Assembly: GCA_002633005.1 (NCBI GenBank)
Contig: NMRA01000012.1
Location: 1 to 64,000 of the forward strand
Direction: 5' to 3'
Source of the DNA: Phoronis australis
Lineage: Eukaryota > Animalia > Phoronida
DNA: 64,000 nt
Shown here: in pieces, positions 25,501-36,500 of the stretch
Layout: each line of letters starts with the position of its first letter
Position numbering within the stretch: the stretch's first letter is position 1
The notes under the pieces: model-generated
Database searches by the model: none
Seen by the model: only the letters and a program-made list of their open reading frames with translations
Told to the model about the DNA's origin: nothing
Made by a program: the position numbers and the translations under genes

Positions 25501-28500
25501 AAATAACAAAGAGAAATAATAAAGAGAAATAACAAAGAGAAATAACAAAGAGAAATAACAAAGAGAAATAACAAAGTCAATGTGTAGCAGAAAATGGGCA
25601 TAATTGTCATAAAACAATTTTTTACATGATGCATGATGGGAAATTTGGAGTTAAATTTGGCCTTAAGCATTGAAATGACTTTTAAACAAAACCCTGTTGA
25701 AGAACGCCCAGAAGCATTATAAGCTAACCAAAAACAGTCTTCTTGGCAAAATGCAACGCTTTTAAAGATTAACATTGCCCTTAACCTAAGAGAAGCAAAC
25801 TTAGGCACATCTATAAACATGCAGTGTCACAATGCACATTGTCTTAATACTACTGACCTCTACAAGTTTCATAACAGGCACAGGATTGAAGAAGTGCAGT
25901 CCTCCAAACCTGTCTTTGCGCTGCGTGCTTGAAGCGATGTCGGTGATAGGAAGAGATGAGGTGTTGCTGACGAACATTGTATGCCTTTAGATATAAACAA
26001 TGAGAACAACTTATGACGTAAAGGATTTCAACTTACACTGGATATGATCAATTAGGGCAGCTTATTGGAAAACCTTCAAGTTTTACCTCTGGTGTACCTG
26101 TTCAGGCAAACAGTTACTTTCAGTTCGGGTAAGTGGTATCCCTAATTTTATTTTAGTTTCCCTTTTTAGCACCAATGTTCAGTTTTGATCTGCTTGGCAG
26201 CCAACCTTGGGTTTTTAGGTACCTGAACTTATAGGACAATAAAAGAATGCCTTCAGTCAAAAAGCAATGTTTGATTTAAGCCATTTACTGTTATCAAATC
26301 TGTATCAGTAAATTCCTTAATCAGATTACAAATAATTTCCAAGACTGGGAAGAACTGATACAGGTTGTTATAGCTTCAGATCAGGCCCATTAACTTGCTT
26401 GTCCCAAAAAATACTCTCAGTCACCAATACAGTATGACAGTTAGAGGAATTTCAGATTTATTGTAACCAAATGAAAGAGCATTACAGAAAAGTGGTGTTT
26501 GAAAATGGTTTCAAAAGCCTTTGGCATACCGTAAGTTACAAGCTTGACTTGAATCATGACCCAGCAGAAACAAAGCCATATTACAACAGCAAATTAGTTA
26601 TGTAAATAAAAGGGGTGATTGGTTGGATCAGTAAAACGGACACAGTTACGACGTAACTTTATATACTTACTCAGGTGCAACCTTGTCAAGGGAAGCAAAT
26701 AATTTTTGTTTGATTTCAAGATTTTCTACAATGGCTTCAATAACAAGGTCAGTCTGTTTGGCAGCTTCTTCAGGGCTTGTCATGGTATCAATCCGGTCCA
26801 GGACCTCGTTTACAAACTGATCTCCTTCCTGAGAAGAACCAAAAGATAAACACGCGTTACATAGTAAAGCACGAATTCTGGTAACTGAAATCATCTCACT
26901 GTGGTACGCCAATAAAAGTTGCTATCAGATGATTCGTTTATCTCACTGAATGGTCTTTAGTGCGATAGAGTCTAATTTACTATAAGGAATTTCTGAAAAT
27001 AGGCCCATCCAAAAGTAGGCCCATTGGCGTATTTTAGGAAAATTTTCCATAAGGATGCCCATAGATGACTTTGTTGGCAATTAACTGTACAAGCAGAGCA
27101 TGACGAATAGTTTGCTGAATAGGAAATAAGTTTGGATGAATAAAATTCCTAGTGGTGAGATACAGATATATACATTAAAAAGATGTATTTATTTCTAATA
27201 GTTTTCGAAAATACACCTCCCTTCTGAAAATACAACCAGGTGTATATCCAGTTTTAAAAAGTCATTTTTTGAATATCTCCCCATGGGCCTATTTTCGGAA
27301 ATTCACAGTATTAGCCTGCCTGGTCACACAACTGATCTATATATCAGGTGTCCCAAAAGTGAACCACTTTTTGACAAGTAATTTCTCAGCAATTGACCAA
27401 CCGAATTTGTTCGAATTTTCACAATGTATCTCCAGGGTGTCATGAACATGTCTCAAAAAAATACAAAAATTATGGAAGTACTGTGAAATTCAAATCAGCA
27501 GCGTGAAAAATGCAACTGTGACTTTCATCATGTTCATGCTGTGTTGGCATGTGTCAGTCAAAAAAAAATGCCTGTCTGGGTCTCAACTGTACTGGTTCTT
27601 TATTGTCAGATCTGTATCCAAATCAGTTCTGTCCAATATTCTGGTTTGTAGGAATGCCTTTGAGTGAAAGTGATAAATTTACTATTGAAACCTATTTCAA
27701 GAAGAAAGGGTGGAGCGGAAGAAGAATTGTAAGGGAGTTAAAAGACGGGATAATTATGTCACGGGAGGAAATCTCGATGGAAAAAATACGGAAAAGCATT
27801 TCTGGTTGGAAGAAACAGCTCCATTTAATCATGGAGGAAGATGGAGGTCACATTGAGCATGGACTGAAATTTTAAGCCAGCTTCCTTTTGATATTTGACA
27901 GTACTCGCATAATTGGACACAGATCTCTTTGATATTTTGTACATTTGTTGATGATATCCTAAGGTTCATCTGTAAAAAATTTAAAAAATCTCTTTATCTG
28001 TTGCTGAGAAATTACTACTCAAAAAGTGGTTCACTTTTTGGGACACTTGATATATTACCAGCAGAAGTTCATTGTTATGCAGTGGATACACATAATTATC
28101 TCCAATATCTCCATCCATAAATGCTGTCCATTGTCAAGGAAACCCGACCTGTGTACTGTTGAGCTAATTGACTCTGACATTTTTGTTATGAAGCAAAAGC
28201 TGTGTCTTTCACAACTAAAGTTTTACAATACACCGATCTGAAGCATCAAATTAAGTTTGTATGTTGCGAAAATAATATCAGTTTTGTAGAGTGCAAACCT
28301 GTGGGTTTTCTGCATATTTCTTTTTGGCGACTCTAGACAGGCTTTTCTGAATCGTTGCCTTGGATTTGGCCAGCAGATCTTCTGACATATCCACAATTGT
28401 CACTTCATGACCAGTAGCTGCTGCCACCTATTGAAAGAACACTGTTATAGATCAATAGAGAAATAAAATAATTTTTGCAAACAGACAGGTTTACTGCCTC

Positions 28501-29540
28501 AGCCTAACGCACTTTAGGGTAGGAAATAACTCCTACTAGCCACTTGTGTCCTGGAAACTTTTCAGCTCAAGTAATAATCATTTCTATGAAAAAAGAGGCA
28601 TCATAAGGCTGTCATCAAACATTTTAAAACTGTCCAACTGTTGGAAACAAGACATATAACGCACAACCCACAGTTAGTTCTGGGCAAACCAGATTACAAA
28701 CAATGGATTTCTAGTACAAAACCATTCTGTGCGTCTGCTCAAATCTCCATAACTGTGGAAGCCAAGACTCCTCCATAAAATTTTAGGAAAAGCATTAAAC
28801 TTGCATCTACATCTAGAAATCTATTTTTAACTTAATAGTACTTTTTAAAAATCCATAAGATTCTTTCCTCATGGCCCTAAGGACTTTGAGCGTCATGAAA
28901 TCAGAAAGTCTTATACAATATAGGTAAGTAGGAGTTGACATCCATGGGTAAGCCAGTGTCCACGCACTCTGATTTGTCACACACAATGACTCAGTGAACC
29001 TTTTTGAAGGCGTTATGGTGGCTTTGCACCTTTTGTGTTCAGTTAGTTTGTATGGCTATGCTTGTCATTAAACTTACAATACATTGTCTACTTTATCTGC
29101 CATTGGCATATTTTGCCTACTTTGTGTGTTGGACAAATGCCAAAATCAGTCATTATGGTACACTACAGGCTAGTAATACACTACAGGGCGGACCTCAAAA
29201 AATCAAAGATATGGACCGTTTTGGGGTCCCATGTTACAGTATCGAATTTTATCACTTATAAAAAAACTTGCGATGACGAACACTGGATTCGGAATTCTTA
29301 CAGTGTTGCGCCAAGAAGGAAGTTCTACATTGTCCTGTGCTATGTAGGAATCGCCCTACATCGCACTGATTCCTACGTGGTTCGCAACACATGCGGCACA
29401 GTAGGCCATTTCGTGAAGCAGACCTGTGCAATTCCGGAGCCCATTTGTCCACCACCAATGATGGTAACATTTCTAACTGCTGCTGCTTTGCTAACAGATG
29501 TAACAAAGGTTCTAGTTAACATTTTTGTAGCGAATGCCAT
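22563..29540 (-). CDS. HADH: Mitochondrial short-chain 3-hydroxyacyl-CoA dehydrogenase, 8 exons
   Basis: Minus-strand exons: 29540-29424, 28427-28299, 26828-26671, 25984-25858, 25369-25280, 24788-24716, 23957-23841, 22687-22563. Presequence-like [12 protein letters not shown]; Rossmann motif [16 protein letters not shown]; [18 protein letters not shown]; SNTSSLPI; [19 protein letters not shown]; [16 protein letters not shown]; [27 protein letters not shown]; [14 protein letters not shown]. Confidence 0.96.
25468..25575. repeat. 13-bp minisatellite (CAAAGAGAAATAA), about 8 copies
   Basis: Directly visible tandem array in HADH intron 4. Confidence 0.9.
26978..27310. mobile_element. pogo/Tigger-type MITE in HADH intron 2
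   Basis: Left TAC..GAATTTCTGAAAATAGGCCCAT versus right ATGGGCCTATTTTCGGAAATTCACAGTA; TA at both ends; repeated GCCCAT motif. Confidence 0.65.
27344..28050 (+). mobile_element. Tc1/mariner-superfamily internally deleted element
   Basis: TA TSD; TIR TCAGGTGTCCCAAAAGTGAACCACTTTTTGA versus TCAAAAAGTGGTTCACTTTTTGGGACACTTGA. The internal ORF fuses an HTH-like N-terminus ([28 protein letters not shown]) to a transposase C-terminus ([20 protein letters not shown]). Confidence 0.85.
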
Positions 29541-29874
29541 GGCTTTCTTAATGGTATAAACTATAAAGTAGCAGCACGGTAAGCAAGCAAAACAATCGGC
29601 AATTAAACCGGAAGACCAAAGGTCAAGGAAAAATTTTTTGCAAAACCGTGACTTCAGTAATGTTACCCCATTAATAAAATTATACTTAAATCATCTCATA
29701 TCTTTTTATAAGGCAAAAAATAAAATAAAATAGTTTAAATAGAAAATAAAGTAATTTAATTAAAGATTTTGAGTTGCATACTAAATTATTTTTACGTACT
29801 TGTGATCAGTAGCTTTTGTTTTTAAACAAATTCAAGGTCAAGGACGTCAGTTTGTGGAGAGGAAATTGGTGAAC
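29541..29874. promoter_or_regulatory. Bidirectional promoter shared by HADH and GTF2H5(-YAE1)
   Basis: 334 bp between the divergent ATGs, with an AT-rich core. CCGGAAG (ETS-like) at 29608; AAGGTCAAGGA at 29619 and 29834; a perfect TCAAGGTCA at 29832; GACGTCA (CRE-like) at 29843. Confidence 0.7.
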
Positions 29875-32294
29875 ATGGTCAATGTTATGAAAGGCATTTT
29901 AGTGGAATGGTAAGTTGTTTTAACAGCACAAAATACATTGTGTTTACCTTTTATCTATTTTCAAGTGAACTTTCAAGTGTCTGCTATCTTGTCCTGTCTT
30001 ATTTTGTAATTCCCTGCGATTATTTGGCGCAGCACCGTCTGGAGACGTAGAAATCTAAGTGACTAAGACTAAGTCCATGATTAAAACGATCACTGATGGG
30101 ATCAGATCTCCAGGAATGATCGTATCACAGATGAGAGAAAGCACATATGAGTGCTCTCCAGGGACGATTATGACACAAAGGATGGAGGAGTTCGGAGCAC
30201 ACTAAGATAAAGATCCAGGTCTAGGTCAGCGGGCACAATTCACGGCATTAAGTTATATCATGGTCTGGTCATGGCAAAGTTACATTAAATGTTGTATTAG
30301 CTGGCTGCAGCTACTGCTACAGTCAAACAGGTTCGGCCTATTGTTCACTGTGAAGAGTAAAGTCTAGAGTGTACTTACATCACGTCCACACGGGACGGCC
30401 GCAAACTCCAGAAACCCCAGACGATCTTGTCACGTGGTCTTGAGAGGTGACTGGTCACGTGATGACAGGGTGACCTTTGCTGGGCACTTCTGGCGTCAGG
30501 TGTTGCACCAGGCCAAGACCAACATTGTAACGAAAAGGACATCGTGATGACAGGGCGACCTCTGCTGGGCACTTCTGGTGTCAGGTGTCGCACCAGGCCA
30601 AGATCAACATTGTAACGAAAAGGACATCACAACATAGAGACGCCACAGCTGAGACTGACGTCGATATTTACTACATATAGCACCACATAGCAAGTCAATG
30701 GTACTTCCATAGCTCCATAGATTTAATATCCAGGACACCGACGTTAGGTCTAATGGCACAATACATATTGTCTGTGTTATCATCCAAGTTGTTGCGCAGC
30801 AGCTGCATGAAGGGCCGTTCAGCAACAGCCACAGGGTAGACTGCTAGATAGGTAGAGCACAGGCACTTTCAATGACATTGTTTAATCAGCTAGACATGCC
30901 ACCGTCTCAACTGGCCCCTGTAGTGATGGTGAAGCTCCTTTTTTTCAAATTGTCCCTTCAAATTCCGCTTCTCAAATTCAAGTGTCTCAATTCAGCTCCC
31001 AGACAATTACTGAATTAAGTATATGTATTTGTAAGATCTAAAGCTAAAATTATGAGATTGTTTCAGTTTTGAAATGTTTGCCAGGTTAATAGCAAATTGA
31101 GTTTATTTGGATGGCAAGGTTGTGATGACACTGAGATCATTAAAAAACTATTGGGTATGTAGCAAAAATCGCTTATTTGGCCATCTTTTTTGGTTGAATA
31201 GTCTCTTTTTAACTTCATTCGGTGTTATCGTATGTAATTAGGAACTTTGGTAATCAGCACTGAGGAGCTAAAACAAAGTGTTCCACCCCAAAACATGAAC
31301 CAAAACAGTGGCAGGGGCTCCATGGGGTGTTACAGGCATGCAAGTTAACAGTCTCCTCAGCTGTGGGCGACAAAGCTATTCCAGAAAATGTGGAAATATC
31401 ACAGGACCAAGTGCATGTATTAGGCGACTATTGTGATGAATAACCTGTACAACTTCTCTTAGATGTTACGTGGCAAGAATCACTCTCGCCAGCCTCATAT
31501 GGACAACTTATAAGTGACTTTAGGGAAGCAACTAAATATTTGAGCAAATGATACAATTTATTGTCATATAGGAAATTTTAACCACTTTGATGATAATCTT
31601 GCCTGGTTTGTTGAACATCTCTTTGGCAAAGATTAGTGGAGATATGAGTTTGATACAGATGGCAGAATTTGGGTACTTTTGAAATCCTGGATGAAAGTAA
31701 CATACTATTGTACTAGAGGGTTATCAACACTTGTGTGCATAAGATTAACCTCTTTTGCTCCAACAAGAAACTGGAGAGTAAGAAAACATGACTTGGACTA
31801 GAATGAAGTGCATGCTAACTGACCGAGATAGAGGCATGCCTTTTTGGTGGGATGCTTTCAGCTAAATTCGTGTTATTTGGTGTTCATGGATATCAGGAAC
31901 TTAGACGAGCTACCCGGTCGCTTCGGACATTTCATGAACAGCATCCCTAGTTTCATAAGTGTGTGCAGTTAAGCTAGTTATCTGTCTTCTTTCACCAGTG
32001 TGATCTTGATGTGAAAATGAATTAATAAGTGTAAAGTATTTATAGCTTTTTATAGCTAAGTCATGGACTCACTCGTTACTTTAATTCAATGAATGTTTTG
32101 TCTGTTACAGTGACCCGGCCATGAAACATTTTCTTCTTCATCTGGATGAAACTAATGCATTGGGGAAAAAGTTTGTGATTCAAGACCTTGACGACACACA
32201 TCTATTTATTTCCGCAGACATCATAGAAACTCTTCAGAATAGAATCGATGATTTAATGGACAAGTTGTCCTTTCCTGTGACTAAGACAGATTGA
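29875..32294 (+). CDS. GTF2H5: General transcription factor IIH subunit 5 (TFB5/p8/TTDA), 72 aa, 2 exons
   Basis: Exon 1 29875-29909 (ATG in AACATGG context, donor TG|GTAAGT) and exon 2 32111-32294 (acceptor TTACAG|) join to give [72 protein letters not shown], closely matching TFB5 family proteins. Missed by the ORF track because it is split. Confidence 0.95.
30458..30627. repeat. 85-bp tandem duplication in the GTF2H5 intron
   Basis: CGTGATGACAGGG...TGTAACGAAAAGGACAT occurs at 30458 and 30543 with a few mismatches. Confidence 0.85.
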
Positions 32295-32308
32295 GGCTCT
32301 TATTGACC

Positions 32309-32791
32309 ATGGAACCTGTTTTTGTCCACGATGATGACGCTGAGTGGGTTGATGAAGGCAGCGATTACCCAGGCAACAGTAAAGAGTGGGAGAAGATGCG
32401 AAATGTTTGTACAACTGAAGGATATAAGGAGGGTATTGCTGCAGGGGAACAGGCTAAACTGCAGGAGGCATTTAATATGGGTTACAAGAAAGGCGTGTAT
32501 GCAACGGTGAACATTGCTAGAATGAGAGGACTGTTGAATGCAATCTTGTTCAGTGTACGGACTGGGATTTTGAAACCAGCAGGGAAGGATTTGGACAGAT
32601 GGATGAAGGACAGATGGATGAAGGAAGTGGATGAAGTAATAGTGAGCTTAAAGCAGGCAGAGGCTATGGTTGTCAAGGACAACAACATGGAAAGTGTTGA
32701 CTTGTTGGCAATACACAAGTCATGCGTCAGGTTATTGAATGAAATGGATGTAGAGGTGCCCCATGATGTTATTGGTGCATTCCTACTATAA
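32309..32791 (+). CDS. YAE1: YAE1 homolog (Yae1_N domain; Fe-S maturation adaptor for ABCE1/Rli1), 160 aa, intronless
   Basis: ATG at 32309 in ACCATGG context. Acidic N-terminus followed by KEWEKMRNVCTTEGYKEGIAAGEQAKLQEAFNMGYKKG...ARMRGLLNAIL, the EW..EGY.EG..AG...LQ..FN.GY..G glycine-repeat pattern I recognise from YAE1. LTO1/ORAOV1 shares the domain but fits less well. Confidence 0.85.
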   Translation: MEPVFVHDDDAEWVDEGSDYPGNSKEWEKMRNVCTTEGYKEGIAAGEQAKLQEAFNMGYKKGVYATVNIARMRGLLNAILFSVRTGILKPAGKDLDRWMKDRWMKEVDEVIVSLKQAEAMVVKDNNMESVDLLAIHKSCVRLLNEMDVEVPHDVIGAFLL

Positions 32792-33415
32792 TGAGTGGGT
32801 GCTAAGTTTGATGTAAAATTTCCCAATTGTATGTTGACAAGCAACAAAACTTGTTGATAGCACTAGTTATTCCAGTCCTTGTATAGTGGAAAAACAAATC
32901 AGTGGCTATATTCGGTGATATTGTATGTGAATCCGAAAAAAAATTATGCCCAGCGCATTTAAACTCACATGCTGTAGCTACTCATCATTTTGACATCTGG
33001 TCAGAGATGATGACCTCCTCAAAAGGCTGAGACCAGTTCTCCACGCTCTGTACTTATCAATCCGTTAGCTGCAATCACAACAATCCATACATCAATATCA
33101 TGTGTTTGATCGCCAACAGGGTGTGCGATAATTGGATTTAGAAGTGTGGCCTTTTTAAATCTGGTTTTAGAATTTTGAGTTGTACCTGTCCAGCCATTAG
33201 ATTCTGGGGTTCCTGTACTGAAACTCATGACTCTGCCCCCCATACACTTCGCAGAGGATTGTAAAATATAAAGTATGTTGCCACACAAGCCTTTTGTTTG
33301 ATAGAGTTACCATTGCCCCAATAGTCATGATGCTTTAGAGTAAGTTTGCCCCACGAGATGTCCAAGCAAAACCACCAGTTGTTAGTAACCAAGGATTTTG
33401 TCTCTAGTTCTGGGC

Positions 33416-33802
33416 CCAGGTCTTATCTTCTAACTGACCTTGCAATTATTTTTTACATTTTCTATTCTACTTTCATGCAAACTCAAGATAAGTTGTTCAA
33501 TGTCTGTTTTCTCTGCTCGAGTATGTTATGGTTTGTGCTGACAAGTTTCTAGTACCAGTTTGCAGTTGATGACCCCTGATTTGAGTTTCAGACTCGAGTA
33601 AAAACTCAAAATTTCGAGTTCAGCCTCATATTTATAGTGTTGATACTGGGGTCATCAGGTGCAAGCCAAGATTATACAGTCACCTGTGTAAATCATAGTG
33701 TACTTGAGCACTGAACAATAGACAAGTATTGTAAATTTGCACATAAGTAAAATCTCAAGTATAATTTAGAGTTAATTTCAAGTACAAAGATTAGACCCCT
33801 GG
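33416..33802. mobile_element. Fold-back Harbinger-like MITE downstream of YAE1
   Basis: Ends CCAGGTCTTATCTT and AAGATTAGACCCCTGG; internal inverted pairs TGCAGTTGATGACCCC/GGGGTCATCAGGTGCA and TGCTCGAGTATGTTATGGTTT/AAATCATAGTGTACTTGAGCA. Confidence 0.55.
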
Positions 33803-36500
33803 TGATTGATATTTTAATGTAGCCGATAGTACTTGTTGTTTGAAGAGAATATCATTTATATCCACATTTGGTCCTTAAAAATATTGTTCCCCTCACCCGA
33901 CCCTCACTACTCTGATATCGGTTTGTAGGTCAATAACATTGATTTTTCCACTTTTCATTGTCTGGGGGCACTCAATTTTGTTACAGATATGTTGTGTTTT
34001 TTCAATTGACTAATTGTCAATTTACCAATAAAGTATTTTGAATCCCACGCCTATTGTTCGGTGACCACTGTGTTCTTTACAGTTACTGTTTATTAGGGTG
34101 ATGTTAGCACTTTTTATTCCTTTACTTTCCCATTTGTTGTGAAAAATGTCTTATTAATTGAATAAGTATCCTCACTCCGTGAATTACAGCTACTAAGTAC
34201 AGCCTGTAACAGTTCTTAGTATGTGGGCCGTAGCACCGAGATAGTTCTCAGTACGATATCAAAAATGGGAAAGAGAGTGGGAACCGAGTCAGCATTGTAG
34301 AATATGAGTAAGAATCCGTCCAACGGTGTCTCATTCAAGTCATGTTGTTGGCAAAAGGTGCCGGTTTCTTCAAGTAACATCTTGTTTTCCAGTTATTTAA
34401 GGTTGTAGTGTTTCGAAACTGAAGTGAAGTTATTCACTACATCTCCATTTACTGTTTTCTGTACCATCGATTTTCGTGAGTCACTGTATACAAAAAGCCA
34501 CCACTATGGCTCTTGTGGAAACAAGATTCAAAAGAGTTCCCATAGTGTTACCAAAGGAGTTATCTGAACACAAGCAATAAAATTTGCTCGCGGTTGACAA
34601 CTGGCTTCACCAGATTGTCACTTGGGAGTAAGTGTGGCAAAAACATAGTTGTTGATGCAAGATAATTCCAAGCCAATAGATGGTGTTGCAGTGCCTGGTG
34701 GTCGATTTCTTTGGTCTTTCAAAAAATGAATGGATCACCAATAAAATCCCAGGTCATTCTGATGAAGCCAATTGTCCACACAACAGGTAAGTCCCAATGT
34801 GCTTGTTCAGATACGACCCTCTTCATAATGGATATTTAAAAGGCTGATGAACATTTGTGGACATTATAGTGAATTTTTATTGATAACAATAATCAATGTA
34901 CTTTATGGCGTGACGGTTTTATTTTTGTTGTATACCTACCAAGAAACAGCCATACACATTTATCATGACCTATAATTGTGCTCTCTGAATTCGTGACCAC
35001 AAGTGCAATCTAATGTTCACATTATAACAAAATAAAGCATAAACATGTGCAATAGTTTATTGCAAATTCACCATAATAATTTCACAATGCAATGTATACA
35101 CCAGACATATAAACTATGTCGAGAATATCCCAAGTGACACTAATAGCAATTTCCACATTCCAACACCAAATTGTAAACGAAACAGTTTCAAAATATGTAC
35201 AGTTTTAAAGTTTACGGTGATATATGCAACACTATACTTACAATATACAAAATAATGTCTATATGTTTAAAGACATTCTTTGTACCAAAAGTCTCACTGA
35301 ATGGTTTGTCTAAGTAAATTATAAGAAACCTTGGGCATCTTCACAGTAAATGTACCTTCACACAGCTGTGATATCTGCCAGTAAAATTTTAACACGCACA
35401 AAACTTATAACATTTGCAAGTAATCTTTGCTTCTACATTATATACATATCTAGCCAGCGCCTACTGTATTTTTCTTTAGAGCCTGTAATTCACAAGATCT
35501 GGCTTATGTGAACCATGCCACCCTCCAAAACAGGCAGTGCAGTGAAAGTTGGAACACGATTTGCACAGCTCCAATCGGGTATTCCACACTGTCCCATGAA
35601 CAAACGAGTGTAAATACTAAAACAGCACTAGGGTTTACAAAAGTTAAAAATTAGAGCACAGTATTCACGTTTTTAACGAACCGCTTTTAACATAGGATAA
35701 TAGTTGCAAAGCTACTGAAACCGAAATTTTTAAAATGAGCATTTAAAATATAATCAAGATTGTTTACATCACCAAGCAATGCTATGTGAAAAAAATTTAA
35801 CAAGACTGGTCGTTCAAATACAAAAATATAATCGAAATGGGGCAGAAACGGAACATCAGATCACTTGAGGATAGTTTGTTTAAGCTAGGAGCCGATGTAT
35901 TTGTAATCCTTCGGATAGATTTAAATGAGCTAAAATCATTGACAGTCTCAGACTCAAACTTGAACAACCAAACGATTGCAAACACTGCTTCCAAAATCTA
36001 TCACTCGTCCCTCTGTATTATCACATGCACGGCCAACATAACAAAATATATCTCAACTAGCAAGCACTGTTTAGAGTTCTGATAACATAGCAAGTCTTTA
36101 GCTAGGCTGATAAACATTACAAATACCAATATTTGTTCACAAGACAGAAGATGAAATACATCAATAAAAACTTGGCAACATTCTTTAAATTGAAATATAA
36201 TTTTACTCAATTGTATCAGACACAAAACAGTAGTATCCACACCATGCTCTGTACATAACTGTAACAATATTACTATGGCTGTACAACAAAATAGCTTCCC
36301 AAACAACAGCAACAGACCCTGCAAAGTTGCACGGACAAGACCAACCGTGTAATGTCATTGAAAATAGACTGTTATTCAAAATACTATCATACACTTGTAA
36401 TACTGTTACATATGAAAATCAGTAGTGGACAAGCAATGCAAATCACTTATTCTCATTTCTGCATTCAGTTAATTATTGGCCGCATGCTAGATGTTTATCG

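Noticed and set aside
30040-30900. Nested gene in the GTF2H5 intron
   Set aside because: Only short ORFs with stops and a tandem duplication; no recognisable domain.
32270-32311. Programmed frameshift or readthrough fusing GTF2H5 to YAE1
   Set aside because: The ORFs are in different frames, so readthrough fails; the YAE1 frame has TAA at 32282 and no slippery heptamer lies between it and the GTF2H5 stop.
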